Below, piece after piece: positions 48,411 to 58,736 of a DNA stretch of 64,000 nt. The notes beneath the pieces are model-generated. The model was not told the origin of the DNA, ran no database searches, and saw nothing but the letters and a program-made list of their open reading frames with translations. Position 1 is the first letter of the stretch. Each line of letters starts with the position of its first letter. Both the position numbers and the translations under genes were made by a program. Location of the stretch: contig JBDRYB010000005.1 of NCBI GenBank assembly GCA_039803205.1, positions 49,671 to 113,670 of the forward strand, read 5' to 3'. The stretch is from a candidate division WOR-3 bacterium. GTDB taxonomy: Bacteria > Hydrothermota > Hydrothermia > JBDRYB01.

Positions 48411-48517
48411 TAGGGTCAGTTTACGGTCATTTTCTAAAGCTAGGGAGACGGAAGGATGATGAGGGCTGTGATAACAGCTGGGAGCCCCGGGTTCAAATCC
48501 CGCGGCTTTCAGATTGA

Positions 48518-49087
48518 TTGAGACATATGCTTCCCTTTCTTCTGTTCATGGCCTACGGAGCGCCCTACACTGACCTGGAGTTTCTGGAGCAGGGCCTCAT
48601 GATCAGCTTCGATCGTATCCCCTGGGGGAGCTTTTCGGACACAATAAGCATAGTGGAGGAGGAATCGGCAAGCCCTTGGGCTTGGCTTGTGGGGGAATGC
48701 CTAACTGAGAAAGCGAGGGAATCAGGCAAAGAGGTGTTTCGGAGTGGGAATCCTGGTGTCACGATCAGATACAGGGTCGGGGATCTGGCTGTGACCTATT
48801 CAAAGAAAAGGGGGATATTTCCATGGTCTGGGGTCACATTGAAAAGGGAATCAAGGCACAGGATCTACATGACTGCTTTCAGCGGGGATACGGTTCTCCT
48901 TTGGAGCGAGACCCTCTCTGGGAGACAGACCCAGAACCTGGAGTGGAAGTGGAAGGATGCGATAAGGGTTGAAGGGCTTTCCCCTGATGTGGAAGCAGAA
49001 CCCAATATGGGCCTAGCCGAGCCCCTTCTTACAGCGCTTATACTTGGGGGGCTCCTCTATGTGTTCTACTACTTTGAAAGCCAATGA
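48518..49087 (+). CDS. Hypothetical exported/membrane protein
   Basis: Hydrophobic N- and C-termini; 189-aa ORF. Confidence 0.55.
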   Translation: MRHMLPFLLFMAYGAPYTDLEFLEQGLMISFDRIPWGSFSDTISIVEEESASPWAWLVGECLTEKARESGKEVFRSGNPGVTIRYRVGDLAVTYSKKRGIFPWSGVTLKRESRHRIYMTAFSGDTVLLWSETLSGRQTQNLEWKWKDAIRVEGLSPDVEAEPNMGLAEPLLTALILGGLLYVFYYFESQ

Positions 49088-49168
49088 AGAAGACCGCGAA
49101 AATGCCCGGATTTTCGGCGGGGAGCAAGTGTCTCCCCGGTATCCGGAAACGAAGAACAGAGAAGTAAT

Positions 49169-52012
49169 ATGGACTACAAGAACACCTTGAACCTTCCTAA
49201 GACCGAGTTTCCCATGAAGGCAAGCCTGCCCAGAAGGGAACCGGAGATAGCCAAGATCTGGGACGAGAGAAATGTGGTCAGGCGACTTGCTGAGCGCGAG
49301 GCACCCTGGTTCGTCCTGCACGATGGCCCTCCATATTCAAACGGGCACATCCACTTGGGCCAGGCCCTCAACAAGGTCCTGAAGGACATGGTCAACAAGT
49401 TCAGGGTCCTTGAAGGCATGAGGATCAAATACATTCCTGGCTGGGATACCCACGGAATGCCCATAGAGAACGAGGTCACCAAGCACGATCCGGAGTTCGC
49501 CAGGCTAAACGCCGCGCTCAGAGAAGAGCTTTCCCCTGAGACGAGGATAAGGATAAGGGAAAAGTGCAGGGTCTTCGCCTTGCACTGGGTTGATGTTCAG
49601 AAAGAGGAGTTTCGTCGCCTCGGTGTCCTTGGCGACTGGGCTGAGCCTTATTTGACCATATCAAAGAAATACGAGTCCCAGGAACTGGAGATCCTTGCCC
49701 TTCTGGTTGAAAGGGGCTACATCTACAGGGGGCACATGCCGATTCACTGGTGCCCTACATGCAGAACAGCCCTCGCGATGGTTGAGATAGATTACAAGGA
49801 CAAGACATCCCCATCCCTTTGGTTCTTGGCGAGGCTCAAGAGAGACCCGAGCGGGATGTTTCGGGGCGAAGAAACCTTTGCCCTTGTCTGGACAACAACC
49901 CCTTGGACACTCCTCGCGAACAGGGCTTTCGCTTTTGGGCCTGATATAAGATACATAGCTTTATCAACCGAGCGCGGCCTCGTGATCCTAGCTGAGGCAC
50001 TCCTGAGGCAAGCGGCTGATGTAATGCCCTCAATAAGCTCTGCGCCTGTTGCCATTACATTCTACGGGAGGGATGCTGAGGGCCTCGTGTTTGAGAACCC
50101 CCTGTTCTCTGACCTTGAATCGCCCGCCATCCTCTCCGAATATGTGAGCCTGGACGCGGGATCAGGCATAGTCCACACCGCGCCAGGCCACGGCAGGGAG
50201 GACTACGAGGTTGGCAAAAGGTATGGGCTTCCCATATTCTCTCCCGTGGATGAGGGGGGAAGGTTCACCCGTGAGGCTGATGAGCAGAGCGCTGAGCCCT
50301 TATCTGTTGAGGGATTGCCCGTTGACGATGGGGGAAAGAGGGCTGTCGAAAGGCTCGCGGAAAAAGGGCTCCTGGTTCAGTTTGGCGAGGTCGTTCACCA
50401 GTATCCCTATTGCTGGCGGTGCAAAAAGCCCCTCATATTCAGGGCAACGAGCCAGTGGTTTCTGAATGTGGATCACCTTGATCTGAGAAAGAAGGCGCTT
50501 GGCTTCATAAAGAATCTCAAGTGGGTTCCCCCCTCATCAGAGGCCAAGATATACGCCTCGGTCTCAGAGAGGCCGGATTGGTGCATATCCCGACAGAGGC
50601 ACTGGGGTGTCTATATACCAGCCCTCATTTGCTCAGATTGTGGGGCTGATATACTCGATCCCCGTGTTATACGCCTCACAGCCAGGATATTCTCCGAGGA
50701 GGGCTCTGACGCGTGGATAACCCAACCAACCGAGAAGTTCCTCCCGGAGGGGTTCTCTTGCCCATCGTGCGGGGGCACGAGATTTGAGAAGGGCAACGAC
50801 ATCCTTGATGTGTGGTTTGACTCAGGGGTGACATCCCTCGTTGTCCTACCTGAGGCCGGACTTCCTCTGCCTTCGGATGTATATCTTGAAGGGCCTGACC
50901 AACACAGGGGCTGGTTTAATGCCTCTCTCATGATCTCCGTTGCAACAATAGGCCAGCCACCATATAAGGAGGTCATAACCCACGGATGGGTCCTTGATGA
51001 GAAGGGATATACAATGCACAAGTCCCTCGGAAACGCCATATCCCCGCTTGAGGTCGTGGAGGAGCACGGCGCGGATGTCCTCAGGCTATGGGTCGGTTCA
51101 ACTGACTACACCCAGGATATAAGGCTCGGAAAGGAGATACTCTCAAGGACAGTTGACGCCTACCGGAAGATGAGGAACACCTTCCGTTTCTGCCTCGGGA
51201 ATCTCTATGACTTCAACCCGGGAACGGATTCCGTTGCCATTTCGGAAATGCCTCCTTTGGATAGGTTCATCCTTCACAGGCTCAGCGAGGTCCTCGGCCA
51301 GATGAAAGCCGCTTACGAGGATTACGAGTTTCACAGGGCAGTGAGGTCTGCGATGAATTTCATGTCAACCGAGGTCTCTGCCCTATATATGGATGCGGTA
51401 AAGGACAGGTTATACACATGGGCGCCAAGGTCTCTGGGCAGGCGCTCCGCGCAAACCGTGCTTTACCATGTGGCGCGCACCCTTGATATTGCCCTTTCCC
51501 CAATAATCTCCTTCACCGCGGAGGAGGTTCACTCCCATCTCCCCGGGGATAAAGCTGACAGCGTCTTCCTTGAGCTTTGGCCGGATGTTCCCCCGGAATG
51601 GAGGGATGACGCGCTCGCTCGCGATTTTGAACTCATTCTGGGGATGAGGGATGTGGCCCTTTTGGCACTTGAGAGGGCCAGGGCCTCAGACATGATAGGC
51701 AACTCGCTTGAAGCCAGCCTCGCTATACACGCTAAAACCGAGGAAGGTCTCGCGCTTATCAGAAAATACAAGAGGTATCTCCCTGAACTGCTCATTGTAT
51801 CAGGGGTTAGGTTCTCAGAACAGCCCCACGGTTCCCCGATCCAGGAGAACGATTCCTGGGCTATCGGGGTAGAGCGTGCGCCCGGCGCGAAGTGCGCGAG
51901 GTGCTGGGTCTGGCATCCGGATGTTGGGGCTAACGAGGAGTATCCGGATATCTGTCCCAAGTGCGTTTCAGCGATAGAGGAGTCCCGTGGAACCAGTAAG
52001 GATCAGGCTTGA
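49169..52012 (+). CDS. ileS: Isoleucyl-tRNA synthetase
   Basis: TLNLPKT.FPMKA, HDGPPY.NG, WTTTPWTL, WCISRQR, MHKSLGN, C-terminal Zn finger. Confidence 0.97.
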   Translation: MDYKNTLNLPKTEFPMKASLPRREPEIAKIWDERNVVRRLAEREAPWFVLHDGPPYSNGHIHLGQALNKVLKDMVNKFRVLEGMRIKYIPGWDTHGMPIENEVTKHDPEFARLNAALREELSPETRIRIREKCRVFALHWVDVQKEEFRRLGVLGDWAEPYLTISKKYESQELEILALLVERGYIYRGHMPIHWCPTCRTALAMVEIDYKDKTSPSLWFLARLKRDPSGMFRGEETFALVWTTTPWTLLANRAFAFGPDIRYIALSTERGLVILAEALLRQAADVMPSISSAPVAITFYGRDAEGLVFENPLFSDLESPAILSEYVSLDAGSGIVHTAPGHGREDYEVGKRYGLPIFSPVDEGGRFTREADEQSAEPLSVEGLPVDDGGKRAVERLAEKGLLVQFGEVVHQYPYCWRCKKPLIFRATSQWFLNVDHLDLRKKALGFIKNLKWVPPSSEAKIYASVSERPDWCISRQRHWGVYIPALICSDCGADILDPRVIRLTARIFSEEGSDAWITQPTEKFLPEGFSCPSCGGTRFEKGNDILDVWFDSGVTSLVVLPEAGLPLPSDVYLEGPDQHRGWFNASLMISVATIGQPPYKEVITHGWVLDEKGYTMHKSLGNAISPLEVVEEHGADVLRLWVGSTDYTQDIRLGKEILSRTVDAYRKMRNTFRFCLGNLYDFNPGTDSVAISEMPPLDRFILHRLSEVLGQMKAAYEDYEFHRAVRSAMNFMSTEVSALYMDAVKDRLYTWAPRSLGRRSAQTVLYHVARTLDIALSPIISFTAEEVHSHLPGDKADSVFLELWPDVPPEWRDDALARDFELILGMRDVALLALERARASDMIGNSLEASLAIHAKTEEGLALIRKYKRYLPELLIVSGVRFSEQPHGSPIQENDSWAIGVERAPGAKCARCWVWHPDVGANEEYPDICPKCVSAIEESRGTSKDQA

Positions 52013-52511
52013 GGACATCAAGGGCGACGGATTATCCCTTGAGCTTCAGCTTGAACTCACGGATCTTGATACCGTCAAGCTCTCCGGCCCAGTGATAATT
52101 CACGCAAAAGCTATCAGGGCTGGCAAAAAGATACGACTCAGGATGGATCTGAGTTTCACCTTGATCTTGCCCTGCTCAAGGTGCCTCAAGGAAACAGAGC
52201 ACATGTTTTCGGAATCGGAGGAGTTCATCTTCATACGAGCCCCAGCGCCCGTTGTCCCTGAACAGCAATTGGAGGATGAGGACCTGGTTACCCAGTTCTT
52301 CACGGGTGAGGAGATAGACATAGCTCCCCTCATAAGGGAGACAATCATACTCTCGGTTCCTATAAAGCCCCTTTGTAACCCTGATTGTAAGGGGCTTTGC
52401 CCCGTATGCGGCGCGGATAGGAACGAGGAGGAGTGCGAGCACGAAGAGCAGGAAGGGGGGATTGATCCGAGATGGGCAGGGTTAAGGGCCTTCAAAAAAG
52501 GGAAGGGCTAG
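51987..52511 (+). CDS. yceD: DUF177/YceD family protein
   Basis: CSRCL, P.KPLC.PDCKGLCPVCG, DPRW. Confidence 0.9.
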   Translation: MEPVRIRLEDIKGDGLSLELQLELTDLDTVKLSGPVIIHAKAIRAGKKIRLRMDLSFTLILPCSRCLKETEHMFSESEEFIFIRAPAPVVPEQQLEDEDLVTQFFTGEEIDIAPLIRETIILSVPIKPLCNPDCKGLCPVCGADRNEEECEHEEQEGGIDPRWAGLRAFKKGKG

Positions 52512-53861
52512 ATGAGGGATAAAGGCTTCAAGTGGTGGCTCATTGCTATTGGGCTAACCGCGGCCCTCCTGAGATTCGGTTTTCTTTCATTCCTTCACCA
52601 CCAATACATGCAGAGCGGCGTGACCGCCTGGCACGGGGTCCACGCTCTTTGCATAACGAAGGGTAAGCCATTCAATCTTGATTCAGCCCTTGCCTACCGA
52701 ATTCAAACCACTCAAAACGAGAGGAACCGTTTGGTTGACCCAGAGGAATTTATCAGGCAGGGATGGAAACTCAGGCCCGATATGCGGTGGCCAAGCATGG
52801 ATGTGCCGGGCTACTCATTCCTACTCGCTTTCTTCTGGGGTTTTTTCCCAGCGAAATACATATTTGCCCAGATAACTCTGATAACCCTGGATATCCTCGC
52901 CGCGCTCGCCTTAACCATAGGAATCAGAGGCCTTTTCGGGACAGTGTCCGGGATTATCAGCGGGCTACTATACGCGATCTTTCCCATAAACGCCATGTTC
53001 TCTTGTTTTGCCAGCAGGGATCACTTTGGGCTTCTCGGTATAGTTTTTTCATTCTCTTTCCTTCTTCTTTACTTGAAGGAGAAGCGCCTGGTTTACCTGA
53101 TTGCGAGCGGCCTGATCCTCGGCCTATTCTCCTGGATCAGGCCCTTCGGGGTTCTTTTGCCCTTATTTTACGGATTCGGAATCGCCATGCACCTCGGTTT
53201 CAGGAAGGGCCTGAGGGATCTTCTTGTGATGTTTTGTGTCCTTGGAGCCGTGTTTCTTCTACCCTTTTCCCTGCTCAATAAGGCCCTCTACAATAGGTTC
53301 TCGCCCTCAACTCCATACATCCCTATATCGCAGGGCCTTGGGGAGATCCCAAACTCATACGGGTTTCAAAACAGCGATGAATACTGCGTTCAGGAGGCAC
53401 AGAAGGCTTTGGGGCGCGAGAGCATAAGCCTCATGGAGGTCGGAGACTACTGGAAGGAAAAGGTCCTTTCTGTTGCAAAAAGCGACCCCGCATTCATCGG
53501 GAAGGTCCTGCTCCACAGGGCAATGACTGTCCCAATTATGGGCTACACCCCGTTTCTCAAAATCCCAAGAGAGCACATAGGAGGTTGGTGGAGCCTAATA
53601 GAGATTCCACTCAGGTGGTTCCTGAAATTGACGGTTCTTTGGATGCTCCTCTGTTTCGCCCTCACATTCTGGAAACGGGGCTGGCGCACTCCGACGCTCC
53701 TTCTTATCCCAGGCCTAGGATACTTCTTCTCCATATTTTTCTATAGGTGGCCGGATCCCAGGTATTATTATCCTTGGCTCATCTCACCGCTTCTCATCTT
53801 GGCGGTTACCATAGGGATCCTGTGCGAGAACATGCATTCAAAAGTATGCCGGAAAGGATAA
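52512..53861 (+). CDS. ArnT/PMT-like (GT-C) membrane glycosyltransferase
   Basis: PGY..LLA, multi-TM, W.RP, PRY. Confidence 0.7.
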   Translation: MRDKGFKWWLIAIGLTAALLRFGFLSFLHHQYMQSGVTAWHGVHALCITKGKPFNLDSALAYRIQTTQNERNRLVDPEEFIRQGWKLRPDMRWPSMDVPGYSFLLAFFWGFFPAKYIFAQITLITLDILAALALTIGIRGLFGTVSGIISGLLYAIFPINAMFSCFASRDHFGLLGIVFSFSFLLLYLKEKRLVYLIASGLILGLFSWIRPFGVLLPLFYGFGIAMHLGFRKGLRDLLVMFCVLGAVFLLPFSLLNKALYNRFSPSTPYIPISQGLGEIPNSYGFQNSDEYCVQEAQKALGRESISLMEVGDYWKEKVLSVAKSDPAFIGKVLLHRAMTVPIMGYTPFLKIPREHIGGWWSLIEIPLRWFLKLTVLWMLLCFALTFWKRGWRTPTLLLIPGLGYFFSIFFYRWPDPRYYYPWLISPLLILAVTIGILCENMHSKVCRKG

Positions 53862-54070
53862 CTCCGGAGATGAGCATAGAGGATGTCCTCCTCCGGTGGC
53901 CCTCCACCGCGAAGGTCTTCGTTAAGTGGGGCATGAGGGCAATGGTTTGCGGAGAGCCAGCCTGGGGAACAATCAGGGAGCTCGCTGAACGCTCAGGGGT
54001 ATCAGACCTTGATGGGCTTTGCAAAGAGCTCTCCGAGGCCGCGGAAGGGCCTCAGGTCTTCTTGGAATGA
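53846..54070 (+). CDS. DUF1858-like small protein
   Basis: ITPEMSI.DVL..WP....VF...G...C. Confidence 0.75.
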   Translation: MPERITPEMSIEDVLLRWPSTAKVFVKWGMRAMVCGEPAWGTIRELAERSGVSDLDGLCKELSEAAEGPQVFLE

Positions 54071-55128
54071 AGGTCCACATGGATGTCACGCCGGTCTGGA
54101 ACCCCAATCCCAGGGGCATAGGGACATACATAATCAACCTGATAGAGGCCCTTTTGGGTCTCGGGATTGAGGTTCACGCCTCTTTCAAGTTCTCCAGATT
54201 GCAAAGGTTCATGCTCGCGAAAAGGCTACCCCCCTTGGCAAAAAAGAAGCTCATGCCCTTCTGGGTGGGGAAGGTTGAGCTCTTTCACGGCACGAACCGC
54301 TTCCTTTTGCCCGGCAGGTTCCCAAAGGTCTTGACCGTCCACGATATGGTTGAGTTCTACGACCGGACAGATTTCTGGTTCCCGCCGGGGAAAAAGCGCA
54401 GGATGAGGGAGAAAACCGAAAGGTGTTTTTTGATGGAGCCGGAGGCCGTCATCGCGGTCTCAGAGTTTGCCAAATCCGAGGTGCTCCAGTTCACAGGTTA
54501 TCCGGCCCAAAGGGTCCATGTGATATACCACGGCCTACCGGATTGGGCGAGACCGTATAGAAGGGAGGAATACCTGCCCGTCCTCCGGAGATACGGGCTC
54601 ACTGAGAGGGGGTTCCTCGTTTTCGTTGGCCAGCCGGAATCAAGGAAGAACCTCTCCCTGGTTCTTTTGGGAATGGCCAGGATAAGGGGGATAAGGCTTC
54701 TTGTTGCTGGCGGGTTTCTCGAGCCAACCGAGGCCTCGCTGGCCTCGCGACTGGGGGTTTCCGAGAGGATAGTTCAGGTCCCATTCGTGCCAGGAGGGGA
54801 GTTGGGGGCACTCCTGTCAGGCTCCCTGGCCCTCGCGTTTCCCAGCAAATACGAGGGGTTTGGATTGCCAATTATTGAGGCTATGGCATGCGCGGCGCCC
54901 GTCATCACATCCGATCACCCAGCCACAGCTGAGGCGGCTGGCCGAGCGGCTATCCTGCTCAGTCCGGATGATGTGGAGGGCTTCGTGGAGAGCGTGAGAA
55001 GGCTCTCCGAGGATGAGGGCTTTGCGAACACCCTGAGGGAAAGGGGACTTGAGAGGGCCAGGCGTTTCTCGTGGAAGAAGTGCGCCGCCCAAACCTTGGA
55101 GGTCTACGAGATTGCCCTTGAAGGATAA
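54067..55128 (+). CDS. Glycosyltransferase family 4
   Basis: RKNL, FPSKYEGFGLPIIEAMAC, FSW. Confidence 0.92.
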   Translation: MKVHMDVTPVWNPNPRGIGTYIINLIEALLGLGIEVHASFKFSRLQRFMLAKRLPPLAKKKLMPFWVGKVELFHGTNRFLLPGRFPKVLTVHDMVEFYDRTDFWFPPGKKRRMREKTERCFLMEPEAVIAVSEFAKSEVLQFTGYPAQRVHVIYHGLPDWARPYRREEYLPVLRRYGLTERGFLVFVGQPESRKNLSLVLLGMARIRGIRLLVAGGFLEPTEASLASRLGVSERIVQVPFVPGGELGALLSGSLALAFPSKYEGFGLPIIEAMACAAPVITSDHPATAEAAGRAAILLSPDDVEGFVESVRRLSEDEGFANTLRERGLERARRFSWKKCAAQTLEVYEIALEG

Positions 55129-56113
55129 GCTCGTCCTCGTAATCCAGTCGACCAGGTATCTCGGCGATTTCCTCCTCAGCCTGCCCGTCGCAAGGGCGCT
55201 TTTGGATGGCGGTGCCAGGCCAGTTTTTCTCTCGCACGAGAAGTTCAGGGAGCTCTTCGCCCTGTCAGGCCTCAATGCCATATATTGGGACAAGGATGGA
55301 AACGAGAGGGGATTGAGGGGAATGAGGGTGGTCGTGAAAAGGATAAAATCAACGAGGCCTGATGCCGCAGTTATGCTCCACAAATCACACAGGAGCGCGC
55401 TGGTTGCTTTCTCAGCTGGGATACCGGAGAGGGTTGGGTTCTCTGATTCGCCAGCCAGAGCCCTCTACACCAAAAGGTTCCCGTATGAGCAAGGGCTTCA
55501 CGAGACTGTGAGGTTTCAGAGGCTCCTTCTGCCCCTGGGTCTCGAGGAGGGCCTCGTGCGGGAGGAGATGTGGTTCCCTGAGAGGGGAAAACTGCTTGAA
55601 GCGGCAAGGCCCGTGGCCCCGAAAGAGCCCTTTGTTCTAATCGCCCCTGGAAGCTCCTGGAGGGTAAAGAGGTGGAGTCCGGGGAATTTCGCGGAGGTGG
55701 CCGAGCGCTTTCTCGGAAAGGGCTTTAGGGTTATACTGAGTGGCGGAAAAGCGGACAGGGGGGTTTCGGCTGAGGTTGCTGATAAAGCAAAAGGGGTAGC
55801 AGACCTTGCCGGGAGGCTTTCTTTTCCGGAATTTCTCGGTTTGGTTGGGCTTGCAAACCTAGTCGTCTCCGGGGATTCAGCGCCCGTCCATGCGGCAGGC
55901 ATATTCGGGACGCCTTGCATCGCTATATACGGCCCCACTGTGAGGGAAATGGGTTTCTGGCCCCTATCCCCTCGGAGCAAGATAGTTGAGGTTCCTCTTC
56001 GGTGCAGGCCTTGCAAGGCAAGAGCAGAGAGGCCTTGCCCCCTGGGGCATCACGATTGCATGACAAAGATAACGCCTGATATGGTGATCCGGGCGGCCGA
56101 GGACCTCCTTTAG
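55118..56113 (+). CDS. Glycosyltransferase family 9 (LPS heptosyltransferase-like)
   Basis: LGD.LL..P, APGS.W..KRW, DSAPVH.A, YGPT; start approximate. Confidence 0.9.
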   Translation: MKDKLVLVIQSTRYLGDFLLSLPVARALLDGGARPVFLSHEKFRELFALSGLNAIYWDKDGNERGLRGMRVVVKRIKSTRPDAAVMLHKSHRSALVAFSAGIPERVGFSDSPARALYTKRFPYEQGLHETVRFQRLLLPLGLEEGLVREEMWFPERGKLLEAARPVAPKEPFVLIAPGSSWRVKRWSPGNFAEVAERFLGKGFRVILSGGKADRGVSAEVADKAKGVADLAGRLSFPEFLGLVGLANLVVSGDSAPVHAAGIFGTPCIAIYGPTVREMGFWPLSPRSKIVEVPLRCRPCKARAERPCPLGHHDCMTKITPDMVIRAAEDLL

Positions 56114-56403
56114 CCCGCTGTCTTTTCCCAGGCCACCCCATCAATCAAGGATATTACCGATACGATAACCCCCACGGCAAGGTTGTTCCACAGGTTATGG
56201 AGAAAGAACCCTGAGACCACGAACCAGAGGCCCAGGGCGAAGTTTATCCACTCAAGCCGAGCCCTTCTCGCGGCCCAGAAAGAGAAGCCAGCGATAAGTG
56301 CCCCAAAGAATATGCTGTGGCCCCCGTGGGCGACCGCGCCCGGCACGAAAGCGGATATGAAAACCCAAAGCCCCAGAAGAAACACGATCCAGACCTTCCA
56401 CAT
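56110..56403 (-). CDS. SPW-repeat membrane protein
   Basis: Repeated W...LGLW..S, WNN..VG. Confidence 0.7.
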   Translation of the reverse strand: MWKVWIVFLLGLWVFISAFVPGAVAHGGHSIFFGALIAGFSFWAARRARLEWINFALGLWFVVSGFFLHNLWNNLAVGVIVSVISLIDGVAWEKTAG

Positions 56404-56433
56404 GGTTAAATTATAGGGTTTGGGCGCGAGGGA

Positions 56434-57519
56434 TCACAAATAGCTCCAAAACATCCCCTTTTTGGAGCGGGCCATCCTCGGGAGATTGATGTCCCTGAAT
56501 CCCGCAAGGAGATCTGAGAGCTTTGCGAGGTTATCTGTCCACGGGCCGAGCCCATGGATGAGGTGCCGGTTGAGGGCCCGGGCGTTTTCAACCAGCTCTC
56601 GGCCCCTGAGCGCGTTTTCTAGGGCCTGGGCCACGGACTCAGGGGACCTGGGATCGACCAGAAACCCATTTACTCCATCAAGAACCCATTCCCTCATAGC
56701 GGGAAGATCAGGAACGATCGGAAACGCTCCGAGGGCCATGGCCTCAAGGAGGGAAACCGGAGTAGCATCTGATAGAGCGAGGGAGAGATAGATCCCCGAG
56801 CTTGCCATGCTCATCAGGTAATCCTGTCTGGCCAGGGGGCCCTTGAATTCAGCGAAGATCCCCAGCTTCTTTGCGAGCGCTTCGCACTCTTTCGCCATCG
56901 CGCCGGGCATGGTAAAGAGGATTCGCAAGCCGTGGCCCTTTTCCGAAAGCGCCCCGAGCGCCTTTATCGCAACCTTCGGGCTGTATATGCTCTCTAATGC
57001 CCTCGGAAAGATAACCTGGTTCTCGTGTTTTTGGGTTTGGGGGAATCTCAAAGCGTCCTCATCTGGCCCGAAGGGGAAAACAGAAACCCTCTCCGGCGGA
57101 TAGCCGAAATTCAGCTGGAGAACCCTTCTCACGGTGAAGGAATCCGCGATCGCCCAGCTCGCTGATGCGAGAACCGCCTTAGCTATCCCGAATCTAATTC
57201 CATCCCTGAATGGCCAGGTCAAGATGTCAGAGCCCCAGAGAACCATAGCGAAGGGGACCCCCGCTCGCCAGGCCGAAACCCCGTATGCTGGGAGAAAGTG
57301 CGCTAGAACCGCATCGTGTTCCTCCGAGAGCCTCCTTATCTCCGGCCCCGCCATCCAGTATTTTGCCCTGCCTTTGCCCCTCAAGGGGATCATCCTGAAG
57401 ATGGGCTGGGAGGGTTCCTGGAAGGACGCGATCGTTACCTCATGGCCCAGCGATTCAAAGCCACGAACCCACCTCTCAGCGTGAGGAGATGAAGCATCGG
57501 CCAGAATTAGTATCCTCAT
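56434..57519 (-). CDS. Glycosyltransferase family 4
   Basis: S.H..RW, WGSD, SLLEAMA.G, NGFLV. Confidence 0.9.
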   Translation of the reverse strand: MRILILADASSPHAERWVRGFESLGHEVTIASFQEPSQPIFRMIPLRGKGRAKYWMAGPEIRRLSEEHDAVLAHFLPAYGVSAWRAGVPFAMVLWGSDILTWPFRDGIRFGIAKAVLASASWAIADSFTVRRVLQLNFGYPPERVSVFPFGPDEDALRFPQTQKHENQVIFPRALESIYSPKVAIKALGALSEKGHGLRILFTMPGAMAKECEALAKKLGIFAEFKGPLARQDYLMSMASSGIYLSLALSDATPVSLLEAMALGAFPIVPDLPAMREWVLDGVNGFLVDPRSPESVAQALENALRGRELVENARALNRHLIHGLGPWTDNLAKLSDLLAGFRDINLPRMARSKKGMFWSYL

Positions 57520-58736
57520 GTCAACCCGGATAGAAGATCCGCGAGGGCCTTTGTCCTCACCGGGGCTGAGTATTTCTCCGTGTTTTTCGGAACCCGGAGG
57601 CTTTTCCTTCTCAGATCATCGTAGATCTGACAGACAGCCCAATACACAGCCTCAGGGTCATCCGGGGGACAAAGGTATGAACCCGTTTCCCTGGCTAGCC
57701 TTGCCGCATCCGTGTTCTCGGGAGCCGCTACGAGCAGAGCCCTCCTCGCGCCGAGATAATCATACGCCTTAACTGTTGAGACCTCCGGCCCTTCCTCTGG
57801 CCCAACCAGGGCCCAGAGGAGGTTGTGCTCCTCCATGAGCCTGCACGATGCCCTGTGACTGGTGTAGGGTATGTGCTGAAAGACATCGGAAAACCCCCTG
57901 CTCCTTATCATTTCCTCAACCGGATAAGAGCCTATTCCGGCCCAGGTTAGCGTGAAACATAGCTCTGGCCTTCTCTGTTTCACCAGGGCGAGCCCATCCA
58001 GGAACCGGGTTGGGTCCCTCTTTCCGAAGAACGAGCCCGCGTAGAGGATCCTGAGACATCCGTCTTCTGGTGGCTTCTGGCCCGAGAAATCCGCTGGGTC
58101 ATAACCCTGATGGATGACGAAGGGCCTTATGCCAAAGGATTCGCTGAGGATCCTTCCCATTACCTCGTTTATAACGATCGCCGAGGACGCTCTCCGGAGA
58201 ACCCTTGCCTCTGCCTTTTGGTTCCAAATAGCGTGGAACCGGGTTGGATAGGCTCTGTATGGGCTACCATTCCAGAGGTCCCTGTAATCAACAACGAGAG
58301 GCAGGCCCGTCCTTTCCGATAGCTTCCGCCCAAGGATCAGGGAGCTGTAAGGGGGGGATGTAGCGAGTATGACCGATGGGTTCTCCTTCTTTATTATCTC
58401 AAGCCCCCTCCTTAACCCTCGTGTTATCCACAGAGCTCTGGTGTCCGGGAACGAGAGCCAGCTTGCTATGCCCCTGCCCATCTCCTTTGTTTTCGGCGAG
58501 GGTCTTCTGCTTGCCAGGGAATAGGGTTCTGGCACATCCACCCGCTCAATTGCGACCTCGGTGGGTAGTTCGGGAATGAGGGTTTCATCCTCCGCTAGAT
58601 AACGGAACCCACCCCCGCAGAGAACCACAGGCCTCCATCCGTATCTTGGCAGGTATTTGGCGAACTTGAAGGCTCGCATGACCCCCGAAAGCCCGCAGGG
58701 AGGAAAGTAATAAGATACATAGAGAAGGGTCCTCAG
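57516..58736 (-). CDS. Glycosyltransferase family 4, probable CTG start
   Basis: Frame extends upstream of ATG 58679 to (M)RTLLYVSYYFPP..GV.R..KFAKYL; TSPP, DYRD.W. Confidence 0.85.
   Translation of the reverse strand: MRTLLYVSYYFPPCGLSGVMRAFKFAKYLPRYGWRPVVLCGGGFRYLAEDETLIPELPTEVAIERVDVPEPYSLASRRPSPKTKEMGRGIASWLSFPDTRALWITRGLRRGLEIIKKENPSVILATSPPYSSLILGRKLSERTGLPLVVDYRDLWNGSPYRAYPTRFHAIWNQKAEARVLRRASSAIVINEVMGRILSESFGIRPFVIHQGYDPADFSGQKPPEDGCLRILYAGSFFGKRDPTRFLDGLALVKQRRPELCFTLTWAGIGSYPVEEMIRSRGFSDVFQHIPYTSHRASCRLMEEHNLLWALVGPEEGPEVSTVKAYDYLGARRALLVAAPENTDAARLARETGSYLCPPDDPEAVYWAVCQIYDDLRRKSLRVPKNTEKYSAPVRTKALADLLSGLT

Larger units (their letters stand above)
44850..48506. mobile_element. 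Decayed integrative element (boundaries approximate)
   Basis: Orphan MTase, gene debris, integrase fragment and tRNA-3'-half-like sequence at 48464-48506. Confidence 0.5.

Noticed and set aside
48464..48506. Functional tRNA
   Set aside because: No D-arm or acceptor stem and a 6-nt anticodon loop; kept only as an att-like relic.
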